This document shows positions 16,329 to 25,948 of a stretch of 34,217 nucleotides of DNA, piece after piece. Position numbers and translations under genes: made by a program. How positions within the stretch are numbered: the stretch's first letter is position 1; each line of letters opens with the position of its first letter. The stretch lies in assembly GCA_024543015.1 (NCBI GenBank), contig JAMXCY010000001.1, forward strand, positions 1 through 34,217, given 5' to 3'. Under the pieces are notes generated by a model. That model searched no databases. It saw nothing but the letters and a program-made list of their open reading frames with translations, and was not told the DNA's origin. The DNA comes from Candidatus Omnitrophota bacterium (GTDB taxonomy: Bacteria; Omnitrophota; Gorgyraeia; JAFGHF01).

Positions 16329-17849
16329 TTGAAACACTCAAAGATAGAACTTGAAGATGAGCGAAGGCAGTTTACGCGCCTGCGATCCGAACTTCTGATT
16401 AAATGCCGTGTAGCCGAAGAAAAAGAAGCCAAAGAAATTCAGGCAACTGCCAGAGACTTAAGCCCCACGGGAATCTACTTTGAAGTCAGCCAGCAGTACC
16501 CCCTGCAGACTATCCTGGAGATAGAACTGAATATCCCCTCCTATACTGAAACAATCAAAGCCGTAGTCAGGGTGTCCCGCTTAGAAGATCTGCTCAAAAA
16601 AAATAGCTATGGAATCGGAGCGACATTCCTTAAGTTAGACAGTAAAGACAAAGATAAGATTATCGAATTTATCAAACGGATGGATATCAGCTTATTACTT
16701 CAGGAAGCGATAAAGCGTGGGGCCTCAGACCTGCACTTAAGCATTAACCACCCGCCCTATTTACGCGTTAATGGCGCTTTAGAACCTATGGGGGATTCAC
16801 CTCTTGAACAGGATGAGCTGGAAACAATGATTATGAATATAATGAATGCCAGGCAAAGAGAAGTCTTCGTAAAAGAACTCGAGTTAGACATAGCTTATCA
16901 TCTTCCCGGACTAGGCAGATTCAGGGTAAACATCCACATGCAACAAGGTAACATAGAAGCAGCTATTCGAATTATCCCTTTCAAGATAAAAAAGATAGAA
17001 GAATTAGGGCTTCCGCCGGTGGTGACAGAGTTAGCCCGAAAAAAGACGGGCTTGGTTTTAGTCACCGGACCTTCCGGCTGCGGTAAAAGCACTACTTTAG
17101 CGTCCATGATCGACTTGATTAACGAAGAAAGAGAAGCGGTAATAGTAAGCATTGAAGACCCGATCGAATTTATATTCGATATTAAAAAAAGTATTATTAA
17201 GCAGAGAGAAGTAAACTATGACACCCATTCTTTTAACAACGCTTTAAAACATATATTCCGCCAGAATCCCGATGTGATATTTATAGGAGAGTTAAGAGAC
17301 TTAGAATCTATTACTACCGCAATAGCTGCTGCGGAAGCAGGCTTTTTTGTGCTCTCCACTTTACATACACAAGATGCCGCACATGCTACCAGTAGATTAA
17401 TTGAAGTGTTCCCTCCGGAACATCAGCAGCAGATCAGGACCTTACTCTCTGAGTGTCTTGAAGGTATAGTAGCCCAAAGACTGCTCCCAAGAAAAGACGG
17501 AAAAGGCCTGGTCCTGGCAACGGAAATCTTAATTGGCACCGCAGCCATACGCAATGTTATTAAAAACGGAGAGACACACCAGATCACCTCTGTGATCCAG
17601 CTTTCCGGAAAACACAAAATGCAAACTATGAACTCCTCTATGATGGAGCTGTATGAGAAAGGAATTATTGACCGTGAAACTGCCCAGCAAAACTTAATTA
17701 GTCCTTTCAGTAAAGAATTCATTTATCAAGCCAGAGATGAACAAAATAAAAAGTCCACAGGCACTATTGAAGCGATTAGTAAAGAATCGGCAATCCGCCA
17801 ACTTCAAGAAAAAGGCCTGGTGGTAGTATCGCTTAAAGAAGCCGAATGA
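16329..17849 (+). CDS. PilZ domain fused to a PilT-type (type IV pilus retraction-like) hexameric ATPase, with a C-terminal PilC/GspF-N-terminus-like tail
   Basis: TTG start with an AAAGGAG SD. PilZ motifs are RRQFTR (aa 12-17) and DLSPTG (aa 43-48). The PilT body starts at aa ~118 (ASDLHL), with Walker A GPSGCGKST, Walker B DVIFIGELRD, His box STLHT and the PilT signature AIRNVIKNGE. The tail is aa 464-506. Confidence 0.85.
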   Translation: MKHSKIELEDERRQFTRLRSELLIKCRVAEEKEAKEIQATARDLSPTGIYFEVSQQYPLQTILEIELNIPSYTETIKAVVRVSRLEDLLKKNSYGIGATFLKLDSKDKDKIIEFIKRMDISLLLQEAIKRGASDLHLSINHPPYLRVNGALEPMGDSPLEQDELETMIMNIMNARQREVFVKELELDIAYHLPGLGRFRVNIHMQQGNIEAAIRIIPFKIKKIEELGLPPVVTELARKKTGLVLVTGPSGCGKSTTLASMIDLINEEREAVIVSIEDPIEFIFDIKKSIIKQREVNYDTHSFNNALKHIFRQNPDVIFIGELRDLESITTAIAAAEAGFFVLSTLHTQDAAHATSRLIEVFPPEHQQQIRTLLSECLEGIVAQRLLPRKDGKGLVLATEILIGTAAIRNVIKNGETHQITSVIQLSGKHKMQTMNSSMMELYEKGIIDRETAQQNLISPFSKEFIYQARDEQNKKSTGTIEAISKESAIRQLQEKGLVVVSLKEAE

Positions 17850-17888
17850 TAGGCAGGTTTGACTTATAACTATAGCAAAAGAGGTTTC

Positions 17889-18812
17889 TTAGCGCAAGGC
17901 TAAACTCAAGAATAGCGGCACAGTGATAATGCTCAATAAAGTTGTAAAGAATACTCCGCTGGCTGCTAATTCTGAATCTCCGCCAAACCTTTTAGTCAGG
18001 ATGGGGGTGGTGGAGGCCGAAGGCATTGCTGCCTGGAGCACTATAATTGCTGAGAGCATCCTAGGTAAACCATCAAAGATATTAATAGCTAAAACAACTA
18101 AACCGGGCACCAGAATCAGCCGGCAAAATACTAAAGTCGAAATCGTCCTGTAGGAAACAGCCTTTTTAACATTGGTTTGGGCCAGGATCGAACCTATGAC
18201 AATAAGGGCAAGCGGGATACTGGCATTGCCTATAATTTTTGAAGCCTCTAAAATAACTTGGGGGATTTTGAAAGAACTAACTCCGACAATCAAACCTAAA
18301 ACCAAAGCTACTGTAGCATTATTGAGCAAGTTCTTAAAAGGCCTTAAGCTTTTTCCGGCTGAACTGGATAAAATACTCACGCCAAAGGTCCAGTAAAGAA
18401 AGGTGATCCCCAGATTAAACATCACAATCATCATCAAGCCTTCTTCGCCGAATAGCGCAAAAATTAAAGGTATGGCCAGAAATCCATAATTGGGAAAAGT
18501 AGCTAAAAATAAAAAGCTGCTACGCTGATTAGGATTCAATTTAAGAGGAAAACAAATAAGCCGCCCAATAAAGTAAGAGGCAAAAGTCAGCGCTATGGCA
18601 AATATAGGAAATGTCCAAACGGAAGAAAGAAGCTGGCGATTAATATGGCTGGAGAGGCTGTAAAAGTAAAGGAAAGGCAGCGTTACCTCGATAGCAATGC
18701 GGCAGAGCCCCTCTGTAGTTTCTTGCGTCAATATTTTGCGCCAGCGAGCTAGAGCCCCAACGAGGAGAATGATAAAGATTATGGCAATCCGAGAAAAAAC
18801 AGAAAAAAACAT
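17889..18812 (-). CDS. AEC (auxin efflux carrier) family membrane transporter
   Basis: 307 aa with ~10 hydrophobic helices and the two-repeat layout typical of the membrane-transport (AEC) family. The call is by overall pattern only. Confidence 0.7.
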   Translation of the reverse strand: MFFSVFSRIAIIFIILLVGALARWRKILTQETTEGLCRIAIEVTLPFLYFYSLSSHINRQLLSSVWTFPIFAIALTFASYFIGRLICFPLKLNPNQRSSFLFLATFPNYGFLAIPLIFALFGEEGLMMIVMFNLGITFLYWTFGVSILSSSAGKSLRPFKNLLNNATVALVLGLIVGVSSFKIPQVILEASKIIGNASIPLALIVIGSILAQTNVKKAVSYRTISTLVFCRLILVPGLVVLAINIFDGLPRMLSAIIVLQAAMPSASTTPILTKRFGGDSELAASGVFFTTLLSIITVPLFLSLALR

Positions 18813-18844
18813 TTTATTTTTATCTTAGCCCTAAGGAGCCGGGA

Positions 18845-19141
18845 CTACTTTTTGCCTCTCTTCTTGGTCCTGGCCTTTTTAAATTGAACTGAAAAAATAG
18901 CCCGGTTTGGTAACTTCATCTTGGGAAAGACTTGCACTAAAGTATGGTAGCCGCAACCTTTTTCTCCTTTACGCCGGGGACAGATATACCAGGCATAGAA
19001 GCCTTTGCTTAACTCGGAGATGGATTCAAAACGGTTCATACAAACCATCTGCGTATGGCAGTAAGGACAAACATTCCCCTTACGTCTTTCTCTTCTTTCC
19101 ATCAGCGTCTTTTCCTTTCCAGCTATATCCCCACCAGACAA
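18845..19141 (-). CDS. small basic Cys-rich (zinc-ribbon-like) protein, unknown function
   Basis: CPYC...(27 aa)...CPRRKGEKGC plus the basic tail KKARTKKRGKK. The likelier start is Met14 (ATG 19102), preceded by GGAAAGGAA. As called, the ORF overlaps the lpxI stop by 19 nt. Confidence 0.45.
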   Translation of the reverse strand: MSGGDIAGKEKTLMERRERRKGNVCPYCHTQMVCMNRFESISELSKGFYAWYICPRRKGEKGCGYHTLVQVFPKMKLPNRAIFSVQFKKARTKKRGKK

Positions 19142-19950
19142 ATACTGTTTTCTTCAGCAACCTTGACACACTCTTCTTTATTAAGAAAGATGGTCTTCCC
19201 TGCTTCGGTGGCTAAAACCGCGCAAGATGCCCCGACTAAAGAACGGATGGTCTGGGTGCCTACTAAAGGAATGTCAAAACGCATATCCTGATCAGGCTTA
19301 CTCATCTTTACCACTACAGCCCCGCCTTTGGCTAAGGCCCCTCCGCGCTTGATGGCTTCGTCGGTGCCTTCGATGGCCTCAATAGCCAAGATGGCTTTAT
19401 CCTTTACCACTACTGTCTGGCCGATATCTAAACCGCCGATGCGCTTGGCTATTTTCTGGCCAAAGTGGATATCCTGCCATTGAGCAGGCGTGGGTTCTTT
19501 CTTAGTTAAGACCCCGCGGCAAACTAAATGTTCTTCTAAAAAAGTGGTGGAATCTAAAAGTCTAATCCCCATTCCCTTGAGCATCCTGGCAATCTCACCG
19601 AGCAGGGAATTAGCCCTTTTATCTTTCACCTTCCTCAAGAAGCTCTTCAATTGTCCATCCATAGAAATATTTTGCTCAAAGATATGGGAAGGTTTTATTT
19701 GTCCAGCCATAACTACCTTTTTTAGTTTTTCTTCTCTTAAAATTTGAAAAAACTTCTTTAACTCGCCCACCCCGATCCAGCAAATCTTATGAACATGGTT
19801 TTCTAACTCAGGCGAGGTCTCTTCGCGCACAGCTATGGCTATAATTTCCTTACCTTTTAATCTGGCAGCCTTAGCAAAAAGAATAGGAAATTGTCCGTTT
19901 CCTGCTATTAAACCAATTCGTTCATTCATCGTAAGTTTAGCGGCAAACAC
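19123..19950 (-). CDS. lpxI: UDP-2,3-diacylglucosamine pyrophosphatase LpxI (DUF1009 family)
   Basis: [19 protein letters not shown] at the N-terminus and a C-terminal [10 protein letters not shown]-type segment. It sits between lpxA and the end of the lipid A operon. The start is ambiguous (GTG 19950 or ATG 19929). Confidence 0.8.
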   Translation of the reverse strand: MFAAKLTMNERIGLIAGNGQFPILFAKAARLKGKEIIAIAVREETSPELENHVHKICWIGVGELKKFFQILREEKLKKVVMAGQIKPSHIFEQNISMDGQLKSFLRKVKDKRANSLLGEIARMLKGMGIRLLDSTTFLEEHLVCRGVLTKKEPTPAQWQDIHFGQKIAKRIGGLDIGQTVVVKDKAILAIEAIEGTDEAIKRGGALAKGGAVVVKMSKPDQDMRFDIPLVGTQTIRSLVGASCAVLATEAGKTIFLNKEECVKVAEENSICLVGI

Positions 19951-20716
19951 CGCGCTGGGAATGTTTGATAAAGTTGACTAGGTGAGTAACTTCAGGGCTA
20001 GCTGGCACCTCTTGCTCGACCTTCTTTAAGGCATGAGGAATAGTTAAGCCAGAATTAAATAGAATGGTAAAGGCAGTTTTTAGATTGCTTTTGGTATCCT
20101 TGCTTATTCCGGCGCGCTCAAGGCCAACTTTATTTAAACTGCGTACTCGAGCAGGATGTCCGTCGCACATTGAATAAGGAGGGATATCCTGAATAACTTT
20201 AGAGCAGCCTCCAACAATCGCCAGTGTGCCAATGCGCACAAATTGATGCACTGCGGCTAAGCCACCAAGAATAACCTTGTCTTCGATCACAATGTGCCCG
20301 GCCAAAGTACCCACATTGGCTATAATCGTATTATTTCCGATCAGGCAATCATGAGCAATATGGGCATAGGCCATAATTAAATTATTATTACCGATTTCAG
20401 TTTTCCCGCTGGCAGTTGTACCCAGGTTAATCGTTACATACTCCCGGATGATATTATTGTCACCGATCGTAAGCCCGGTCTTCTCGCCCTTATATTTTGA
20501 ATCCTGAGGGACGCTGCCAATGACCGCACCGGTAAAAATCTGGCAGTTCTCACCGATCGTGCTATCGCCATCAATTACGCAATGATCGCCTATTTTAGTG
20601 CCTGCTCCGATTTTAACTTCGGGGCCAATAATAACATAATGGCCGATTTCTACATCTTGGGCTAATCGGGCACCGGCAGCAATTTTGGCAGTTGAGGAGA
20701 TACTGGTATTAATCAT
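19937..20716 (-). CDS. lpxA: acyl-ACP--UDP-N-acetylglucosamine O-acyltransferase
   Basis: Left-handed beta-helix hexapeptide repeats plus the LpxA-type helical C-terminal domain ([23 protein letters not shown]). Confidence 0.95.
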   Translation of the reverse strand: MINTSISSTAKIAAGARLAQDVEIGHYVIIGPEVKIGAGTKIGDHCVIDGDSTIGENCQIFTGAVIGSVPQDSKYKGEKTGLTIGDNNIIREYVTINLGTTASGKTEIGNNNLIMAYAHIAHDCLIGNNTIIANVGTLAGHIVIEDKVILGGLAAVHQFVRIGTLAIVGGCSKVIQDIPPYSMCDGHPARVRSLNKVGLERAGISKDTKSNLKTAFTILFNSGLTIPHALKKVEQEVPASPEVTHLVNFIKHSQRGVCR

Positions 20717-22038
20717 TGTTTGGGTTTGGACACCAGGCTAAACATCAGATCTGCTTCGGCAACTATCTTGCCTTCTACGCGAGCTTCGCTGCGGATCTGA
20801 ATAGTTTTTGATTTTATCCTGACCACATTAATCTTTAAAAGAAGTTGGTCTCCGGGAATTACTGTCTTGCGAAATTTGACTTTGTCCATACTCATAAAGT
20901 AAGCAAGCTTGCCCCGATTTTCAGCGCGCGAAAGCATCAGGATCCCGGCAGTCTGGGCCATGGCCTCAAGAATTAAAACGCCCGGCATCACCGGCCTGCC
21001 CGGAAAATGTCCGGTAAAGAATTGCTCATTGATGGTGACGTTTTTGACGCCGACAATCTGTTTCCCTTCCTGAAACTCCAGGACTTTATCTACTAGCAGG
21101 AAAGGATAGCGGTGTGGCAAAATTTGCATAATCTTTTCTATATCAAAAGGAGGTGTTATAGATCCCATATTATTTGATCCTCCGGCGCTAAAGGTTTCTT
21201 CTTTTCCTCTTAAGCTATCTAACTTTTTTATAAATTTAATATTTAAGGGGTGACCGCTTTTGACCGCTACTATGTGAGCTTTAATTGAAGGGGCTAAAAG
21301 GCAAAAGTCTCCGATTAAATCCAAGACCTTGTGGCGGGCGAATTCATCGGGAAAAGTGGCTTTGCCCTTAACTACTCCGGACTTACCGACCACAATGGTG
21401 TTTTCCACTGTCGCCCCCTGCCCCAAGCCTTGCTGCCTTAGTTGGTTCACTTCATTTTCTAAACAGAAAGTCTTGCACGGAGAAAGTTCCCGGACAAAAG
21501 TTTCTTCATTTATGGTAAGATTTAAGAATTGGCTTAAGGCCGCTTCGGGATAATCTAAGGTATAAGAAATTCTAAAGTTATCATCCGGAAAGGCGGCTAA
21601 AAAGGCTTCATCTTCCCTTAGCCATAGAGGTTGGCGAAGCACAAATGATTGTTTAGGGCTGTCTAATTCTACGATGCCAGCCTGGTGCAAAATTTTATAA
21701 AAACCCGCAGCTGCTCCATCTAAAGCAGGGATTTCTTCGGCGTTAACCTCGATAATAATGTTATCTATCCCCAAACCATAAAGTGCGGAAATCAGGTGTT
21801 CAACAGTATGCACCTCGGCAGAATCAACCCCTAAAGAAGTCCTGCGCAGCTCTAAGCTTTTCTCTATAACATTGGAGATGGTAGCGCGGATGCGGGGTTT
21901 GGCGGGTAAGTCTACGCGGACAAAATTTATTCCTGTATCTTTTTCGGCCGGCTTGAACTTAAGCTCTACTTCTATGCCTGTGTGGATGCCTGTGCCGCTA
22001 ACTGCAATTTCCTTTTTGATAGTTTTCTGTCGTTCCAT
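20713..22038 (-). CDS. lpxC/fabZ: bifunctional UDP-3-O-acyl-GlcNAc deacetylase / 3-hydroxyacyl-ACP dehydratase (LpxC-FabZ fusion)
   Basis: The N-terminal LpxC part has [28 protein letters not shown] and HKVLDLIGD. The C-terminal FabZ hot-dog part has [14 protein letters not shown] and [23 protein letters not shown]. Confidence 0.95.
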   Translation of the reverse strand: MERQKTIKKEIAVSGTGIHTGIEVELKFKPAEKDTGINFVRVDLPAKPRIRATISNVIEKSLELRRTSLGVDSAEVHTVEHLISALYGLGIDNIIIEVNAEEIPALDGAAAGFYKILHQAGIVELDSPKQSFVLRQPLWLREDEAFLAAFPDDNFRISYTLDYPEAALSQFLNLTINEETFVRELSPCKTFCLENEVNQLRQQGLGQGATVENTIVVGKSGVVKGKATFPDEFARHKVLDLIGDFCLLAPSIKAHIVAVKSGHPLNIKFIKKLDSLRGKEETFSAGGSNNMGSITPPFDIEKIMQILPHRYPFLLVDKVLEFQEGKQIVGVKNVTINEQFFTGHFPGRPVMPGVLILEAMAQTAGILMLSRAENRGKLAYFMSMDKVKFRKTVIPGDQLLLKINVVRIKSKTIQIRSEARVEGKIVAEADLMFSLVSKPKQ

Positions 22039-22040
22039 TT

Positions 22041-23060
22041 CTAAGTTCTCGACTTTTTAGTTTTCTCTAATCGTGCAACTTTTTTAAATAACTCGGGTAG
22101 TTTCTGTACATAGGCATTTATCCGTTTGGCGATCTGGTGCGGTTTTGCCGGATATCCCGAAACACAAGCGCTGGGGGGAACATCTTTAGTCACTCCGGCT
22201 TGAGCGGCAATAATGGCGTTGTCGCCGACAGTGATATGGCCAACCAGGCCTGCTTGTCCGGCCACGGTTACATTTTTACCCACCACCGTACTTCCGGAAA
22301 TACCTGCCTGGGCGACAATAATAGAGTTTTCCCCAATAACCACATTGTGGGCAATCTGGACAAGATTGTCAATCTTTGTGCCCCGGCCAATCACAGTCTT
22401 GTCAAAACGGGCCCGGTCGATAGTTACATTGGCACCGATTTCCACATCGTCCTCAACGACTACCGTGCCTATCTGGGGAATTTTATGATGAATGTCTCTG
22501 ATTTTAGCAAAACCAAATCCGTCGCTGCCAAGTACTGTGCCGTTATGGATAATTACGCGATTGCCGATAATTACTTTTTCCCGGATAGATACGTGCGGAT
22601 AGATAATGCATTGCTCGCCTATTTTTGCCTGCTGGCCGATATAGACACCGGAATAGAGCAGACTTGCCCCGCCTATTTCAGCATCGTCTTCAATAATGCA
22701 ATAGGGCTGGATAGCTACATCCTTACCCAGCTTTACGTTCTTACCTATTACCGCCGTAGGATGTATCCCCCGGGGGAGTTTCAGCTTATTTTTGGCGAAC
22801 AAAGAAACGGCTTTAGCAAAGGCCAAAGAAGGGTTATCTGTACGGATTAATGGCTTGGAGCTTTGAGAAACCTCTTTAGAAGTTATTATTGCCGAAGCAC
22901 CGCTCTGGTCAATCAGCGAAAGGTATTTCTGGTTGGCCACAAAGGCAATCTCACCTTCCTTGGCCTCTTTTATTCCCGAAACCCCTTGAATGGTTACCGA
23001 ACCATCTCCGAGAACTTCGCCGCCTAAAATCTTCGCTAACTCCGCTACCGTCTTCTGCAT
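22041..23060 (-). CDS. lpxD: UDP-3-O-acylglucosamine N-acyltransferase
   Basis: An N-terminal uridine-binding domain, then long hexapeptide repeats starting IHPTAVIG and a C-terminal helix. Confidence 0.95.
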   Translation of the reverse strand: MQKTVAELAKILGGEVLGDGSVTIQGVSGIKEAKEGEIAFVANQKYLSLIDQSGASAIITSKEVSQSSKPLIRTDNPSLAFAKAVSLFAKNKLKLPRGIHPTAVIGKNVKLGKDVAIQPYCIIEDDAEIGGASLLYSGVYIGQQAKIGEQCIIYPHVSIREKVIIGNRVIIHNGTVLGSDGFGFAKIRDIHHKIPQIGTVVVEDDVEIGANVTIDRARFDKTVIGRGTKIDNLVQIAHNVVIGENSIIVAQAGISGSTVVGKNVTVAGQAGLVGHITVGDNAIIAAQAGVTKDVPPSACVSGYPAKPHQIAKRINAYVQKLPELFKKVARLEKTKKSRT

Positions 23061-23061
23061 T

Positions 23062-23565
23062 CTATTTTTTATACCTTTGATTCAAAATTTTAATCAGATC
23101 ATCCGTTACATTCAGACCCTGGTCCTTATAGAGAAGCAGCGTATCATCGATTATTATATTATAATTGCGGCTTGAACCATATTCTTCAATAACAGCTTTG
23201 ACCTCTTTCATAATCTCCATAAATTTCTCATCTCTTTTCTGGCGCAGGTCCGTACGGGTCTCGTAGGTAAAATCTTGCAGCTTTTTAACTTTCTCGTTTA
23301 ACTCCCGTCGTTTTTTCTCTCTTTGCTTATCCTGTAACAGATCTATTTTTTCCCGCAGGTTTTTAATCTCTTTAACCAGTTTGTCCCTTTGCGCGTTTTT
23401 CTTTTCAGCTTCCTTGAGCAAAATATCCTCGCCGTCCTTGACTTTTTCGTAGTTATCCAAGACTTTTTTCAAGCTGATAAAACCTAACTTTAAGTCCTGG
23501 GCATAACTAGAAGTTACCCCACTGCAGAATAACGCTATTATTAATACAAATAAAACCTTGCGCAT
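23062..23565 (-). CDS. skp: periplasmic chaperone Skp/OmpH family
   Basis: Signal peptide, then a Lys/Glu-rich coiled coil. It occupies the canonical position between bamA and lpxD. Confidence 0.8.
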   Translation of the reverse strand: MRKVLFVLIIALFCSGVTSSYAQDLKLGFISLKKVLDNYEKVKDGEDILLKEAEKKNAQRDKLVKEIKNLREKIDLLQDKQREKKRRELNEKVKKLQDFTYETRTDLRQKRDEKFMEIMKEVKAVIEEYGSSRNYNIIIDDTLLLYKDQGLNVTDDLIKILNQRYKK

Positions 23566-23584
23566 CTTTTCCTCTCCTTCTCTT

Positions 23585-25948
23585 TTAAAAGCCTCTGCTC
23601 ATACTAAAGTGAAAACGGCCTTCTTTTTCTACACCCGGCTCAACCTCTAAGGGGTAACCATAATCTAACTTTACCGGGCCCATAGGGGTTTTGACCCTCA
23701 CCCCTACTCCCACACTATATTTGAAATCGCCACTGGCAAAATCTCCTAATTTCTCCCAGACATTGCCAAAGTCATAAAAGGTAGCAAGTTTAATCAGTTC
23801 AAACAAAGGATAGGTAAGCTCACAAGTTCCATAAAGCAGGGACTGACCTCCTATCGGCTCACCGGAGCTGTCTTTGGGCCCTACATCCCTTTCTTTAAAT
23901 CCTCTGATTGTGTTGGTGCCTCCCACATAGAATCTCTCATATATAGGCATGGTCTCTGTATCGCTAAAGGTCTCAGCCCCTGCAGCGACAACCTTAAACT
24001 CTAACAATAACCTTTCTATTAAAGTCTTGTAAAAATTAACGCTGCCTCTTACTTTGTAGAAATCCTTATCTTGCCCTAAAAAACCACCGGCCAGCTCACC
24101 GGAACCAAATAAAACCAAACCTCTGGTAGGGCTGTAGATATTGTCGCGTGAGTCACGGGTTATCCCTAAAGAGAGACTACTAATGGTATTTTCCCCTACC
24201 TCATTCTTTAAAGCTAAAGAGGCGTTGTCAGGGACATTGGAAATATCAACATTTTCAAATCGATACATTAAATTTGCTCGCACAAATTCGCTGAATTCTT
24301 TACCCAGACGAATATCCCCGCCACGCCTTTGTTCATCAAAGCTGTAGCCGGTGGTGCCGGATCTTCGCCAAAGTTTACTATAACCATCTACGCCAAATGA
24401 TAAAGGATAGCCAAAAATCCAGGGCTCAGTAAAACTTAAGTCGTATTCCCGACGGGTTGTGCCAAGTTCTGCCCTCAACCTTAAATTTTGGCCGGCCCCG
24501 GTAAAGGTGTGCCAGTTAGTAATGTCAAAATTCCTCTGCGCTATTTCCACAAAGCCAATAAATCTATCAATAGAGCTGAAGCCCGCACCAAAGGCAAATT
24601 CTCCGGTCTTAGCCTCCTTAACGTTAACAATCAGGTCCTTTTTGTCCGGAGTTTTTGTCGCTTCGGTGTCATAACTGATTTCCTGAAAAAAACCTAAATT
24701 ATACAATCTTTCTTTACTGCGTTTCAATTTCTTCCCGTCAAAGGCCTCTCCGGGATAAGAGCGAAGCTCCCGCCTGATGACGATGTCGCGCGTCTTAGTG
24801 TTGCCCCTAATTTTAATTTTGTCGATGTAGGCCAAATCACTTTCTATTATTCTGTAGACCAGGTCAATGCGGCCGGTCTGCTCATTAATCAGAGTATCTA
24901 GATCAATCTCAGCCGAAATATGCCCTTTTTCGAAATAAAAACCCTGCACATTGGCAATGTCGTAGCGGACCTGATCGCGATTAAAGATAGCGCCGGGTTT
25001 CATAGTCAGGCGCTTTTTGATTTCATTTTCTGGAAAGATAACCGCGCCTTGCATCCTAATCTCACCCACCAAATACTGCTTTCCTTCATCCACCTCTATG
25101 GTGATGTATATTTTCTTCTTTTGGACCCCCAACGATTTATCGGAGGAAACCTGAACATCCAAGTAGCCGTTCTCGTGATAAAATGCGGTAATTCGTTCAA
25201 GGTCTAAATCAAAAACCTCTTCTCTATATAAGCCTGAAGTAAACAAACTATCCTGCCGCGTGCGCATGAGTTTTGAAATCTTTTTATCTGAAAAAGCGTA
25301 ATTACCCTTGATGTAAATATCTTTAATCTTAACCCGCATTTTTTCTTCAATCCTAATCGATATTCTAGCTTCGTTAGTCTCTTCGTTAGTCTGCATCCGG
25401 TAATCAATGTCCGCTGAAGGAAAACCGCGAGCCTCATAGGCCTTCTGGATATCGCGCATATCCTGCTTTAGCTGCTGCAGGCTGAAGAATTCCCCGATCT
25501 TGGACTTAACTAATTCTTCTAGTTTTTCCGTCCGGATAGAGCTATTTCCTTCCAGAGATATTTCGATGACAATCGGTTTTTCGGTAACTCTAAAGATTAC
25601 CACTACTCCTTCTGCTTTATCCCGAGTATCAATTTTGATATCGGTAAAGTAACCAAGGGCGTAGAGCCGTTTTAGGTCATCGCTGGCAATGATCTGGGAA
25701 AAGGGCACACCTTTTTTCGTCCTGATCTTAGAAAGAATGGTGGCGCCGCTGATATTCTTATTTCCCGCTACTTCTATCGCAACGACCAATTTTTCAACTA
25801 AAGGAGCACCTTCTTGGGCTTGAGCCAGGAGACCGAAATTGACCAGTAAACTTACCATGACACTTACTAAGCCTATATAAGTCTGCCTGCAGTGATTCAA
25901 AATATTACTCCTCCCGTCTTGATAGATTCTCAAACCTTGTGTATTCAC
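23585..25948 (-). CDS. bamA: outer membrane protein assembly factor BamA
   Basis: Repeated POTRA-like units followed by an Omp85 beta-barrel ending ...GRFHFSMSRGF. The start is probably Met31 (ATG 25858), since the called start overlaps dnaB by 44 nt. Confidence 0.93.
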   Translation of the reverse strand: MNTQGLRIYQDGRSNILNHCRQTYIGLVSVMVSLLVNFGLLAQAQEGAPLVEKLVVAIEVAGNKNISGATILSKIRTKKGVPFSQIIASDDLKRLYALGYFTDIKIDTRDKAEGVVVIFRVTEKPIVIEISLEGNSSIRTEKLEELVKSKIGEFFSLQQLKQDMRDIQKAYEARGFPSADIDYRMQTNEETNEARISIRIEEKMRVKIKDIYIKGNYAFSDKKISKLMRTRQDSLFTSGLYREEVFDLDLERITAFYHENGYLDVQVSSDKSLGVQKKKIYITIEVDEGKQYLVGEIRMQGAVIFPENEIKKRLTMKPGAIFNRDQVRYDIANVQGFYFEKGHISAEIDLDTLINEQTGRIDLVYRIIESDLAYIDKIKIRGNTKTRDIVIRRELRSYPGEAFDGKKLKRSKERLYNLGFFQEISYDTEATKTPDKKDLIVNVKEAKTGEFAFGAGFSSIDRFIGFVEIAQRNFDITNWHTFTGAGQNLRLRAELGTTRREYDLSFTEPWIFGYPLSFGVDGYSKLWRRSGTTGYSFDEQRRGGDIRLGKEFSEFVRANLMYRFENVDISNVPDNASLALKNEVGENTISSLSLGITRDSRDNIYSPTRGLVLFGSGELAGGFLGQDKDFYKVRGSVNFYKTLIERLLLEFKVVAAGAETFSDTETMPIYERFYVGGTNTIRGFKERDVGPKDSSGEPIGGQSLLYGTCELTYPLFELIKLATFYDFGNVWEKLGDFASGDFKYSVGVGVRVKTPMGPVKLDYGYPLEVEPGVEKEGRFHFSMSRGF

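Noticed and set aside
22137-22850. 237-aa plus-strand ORF (and 22213..22488) antisense to lpxD
   Set aside because: The translation is low-complexity and lacks motifs. Hexapeptide-repeat genes typically give long open antisense frames, and the minus-strand lpxD call is unambiguous.
25905-25948. 44-nt overlap between the dnaB 3' end and the bamA 5' end
   Set aside because: This is most likely a start-codon over-extension. Met31 (ATG 25858) gives a normal signal peptide (MVSLLVNFGLLAQAQE), so it is not a real overlap.
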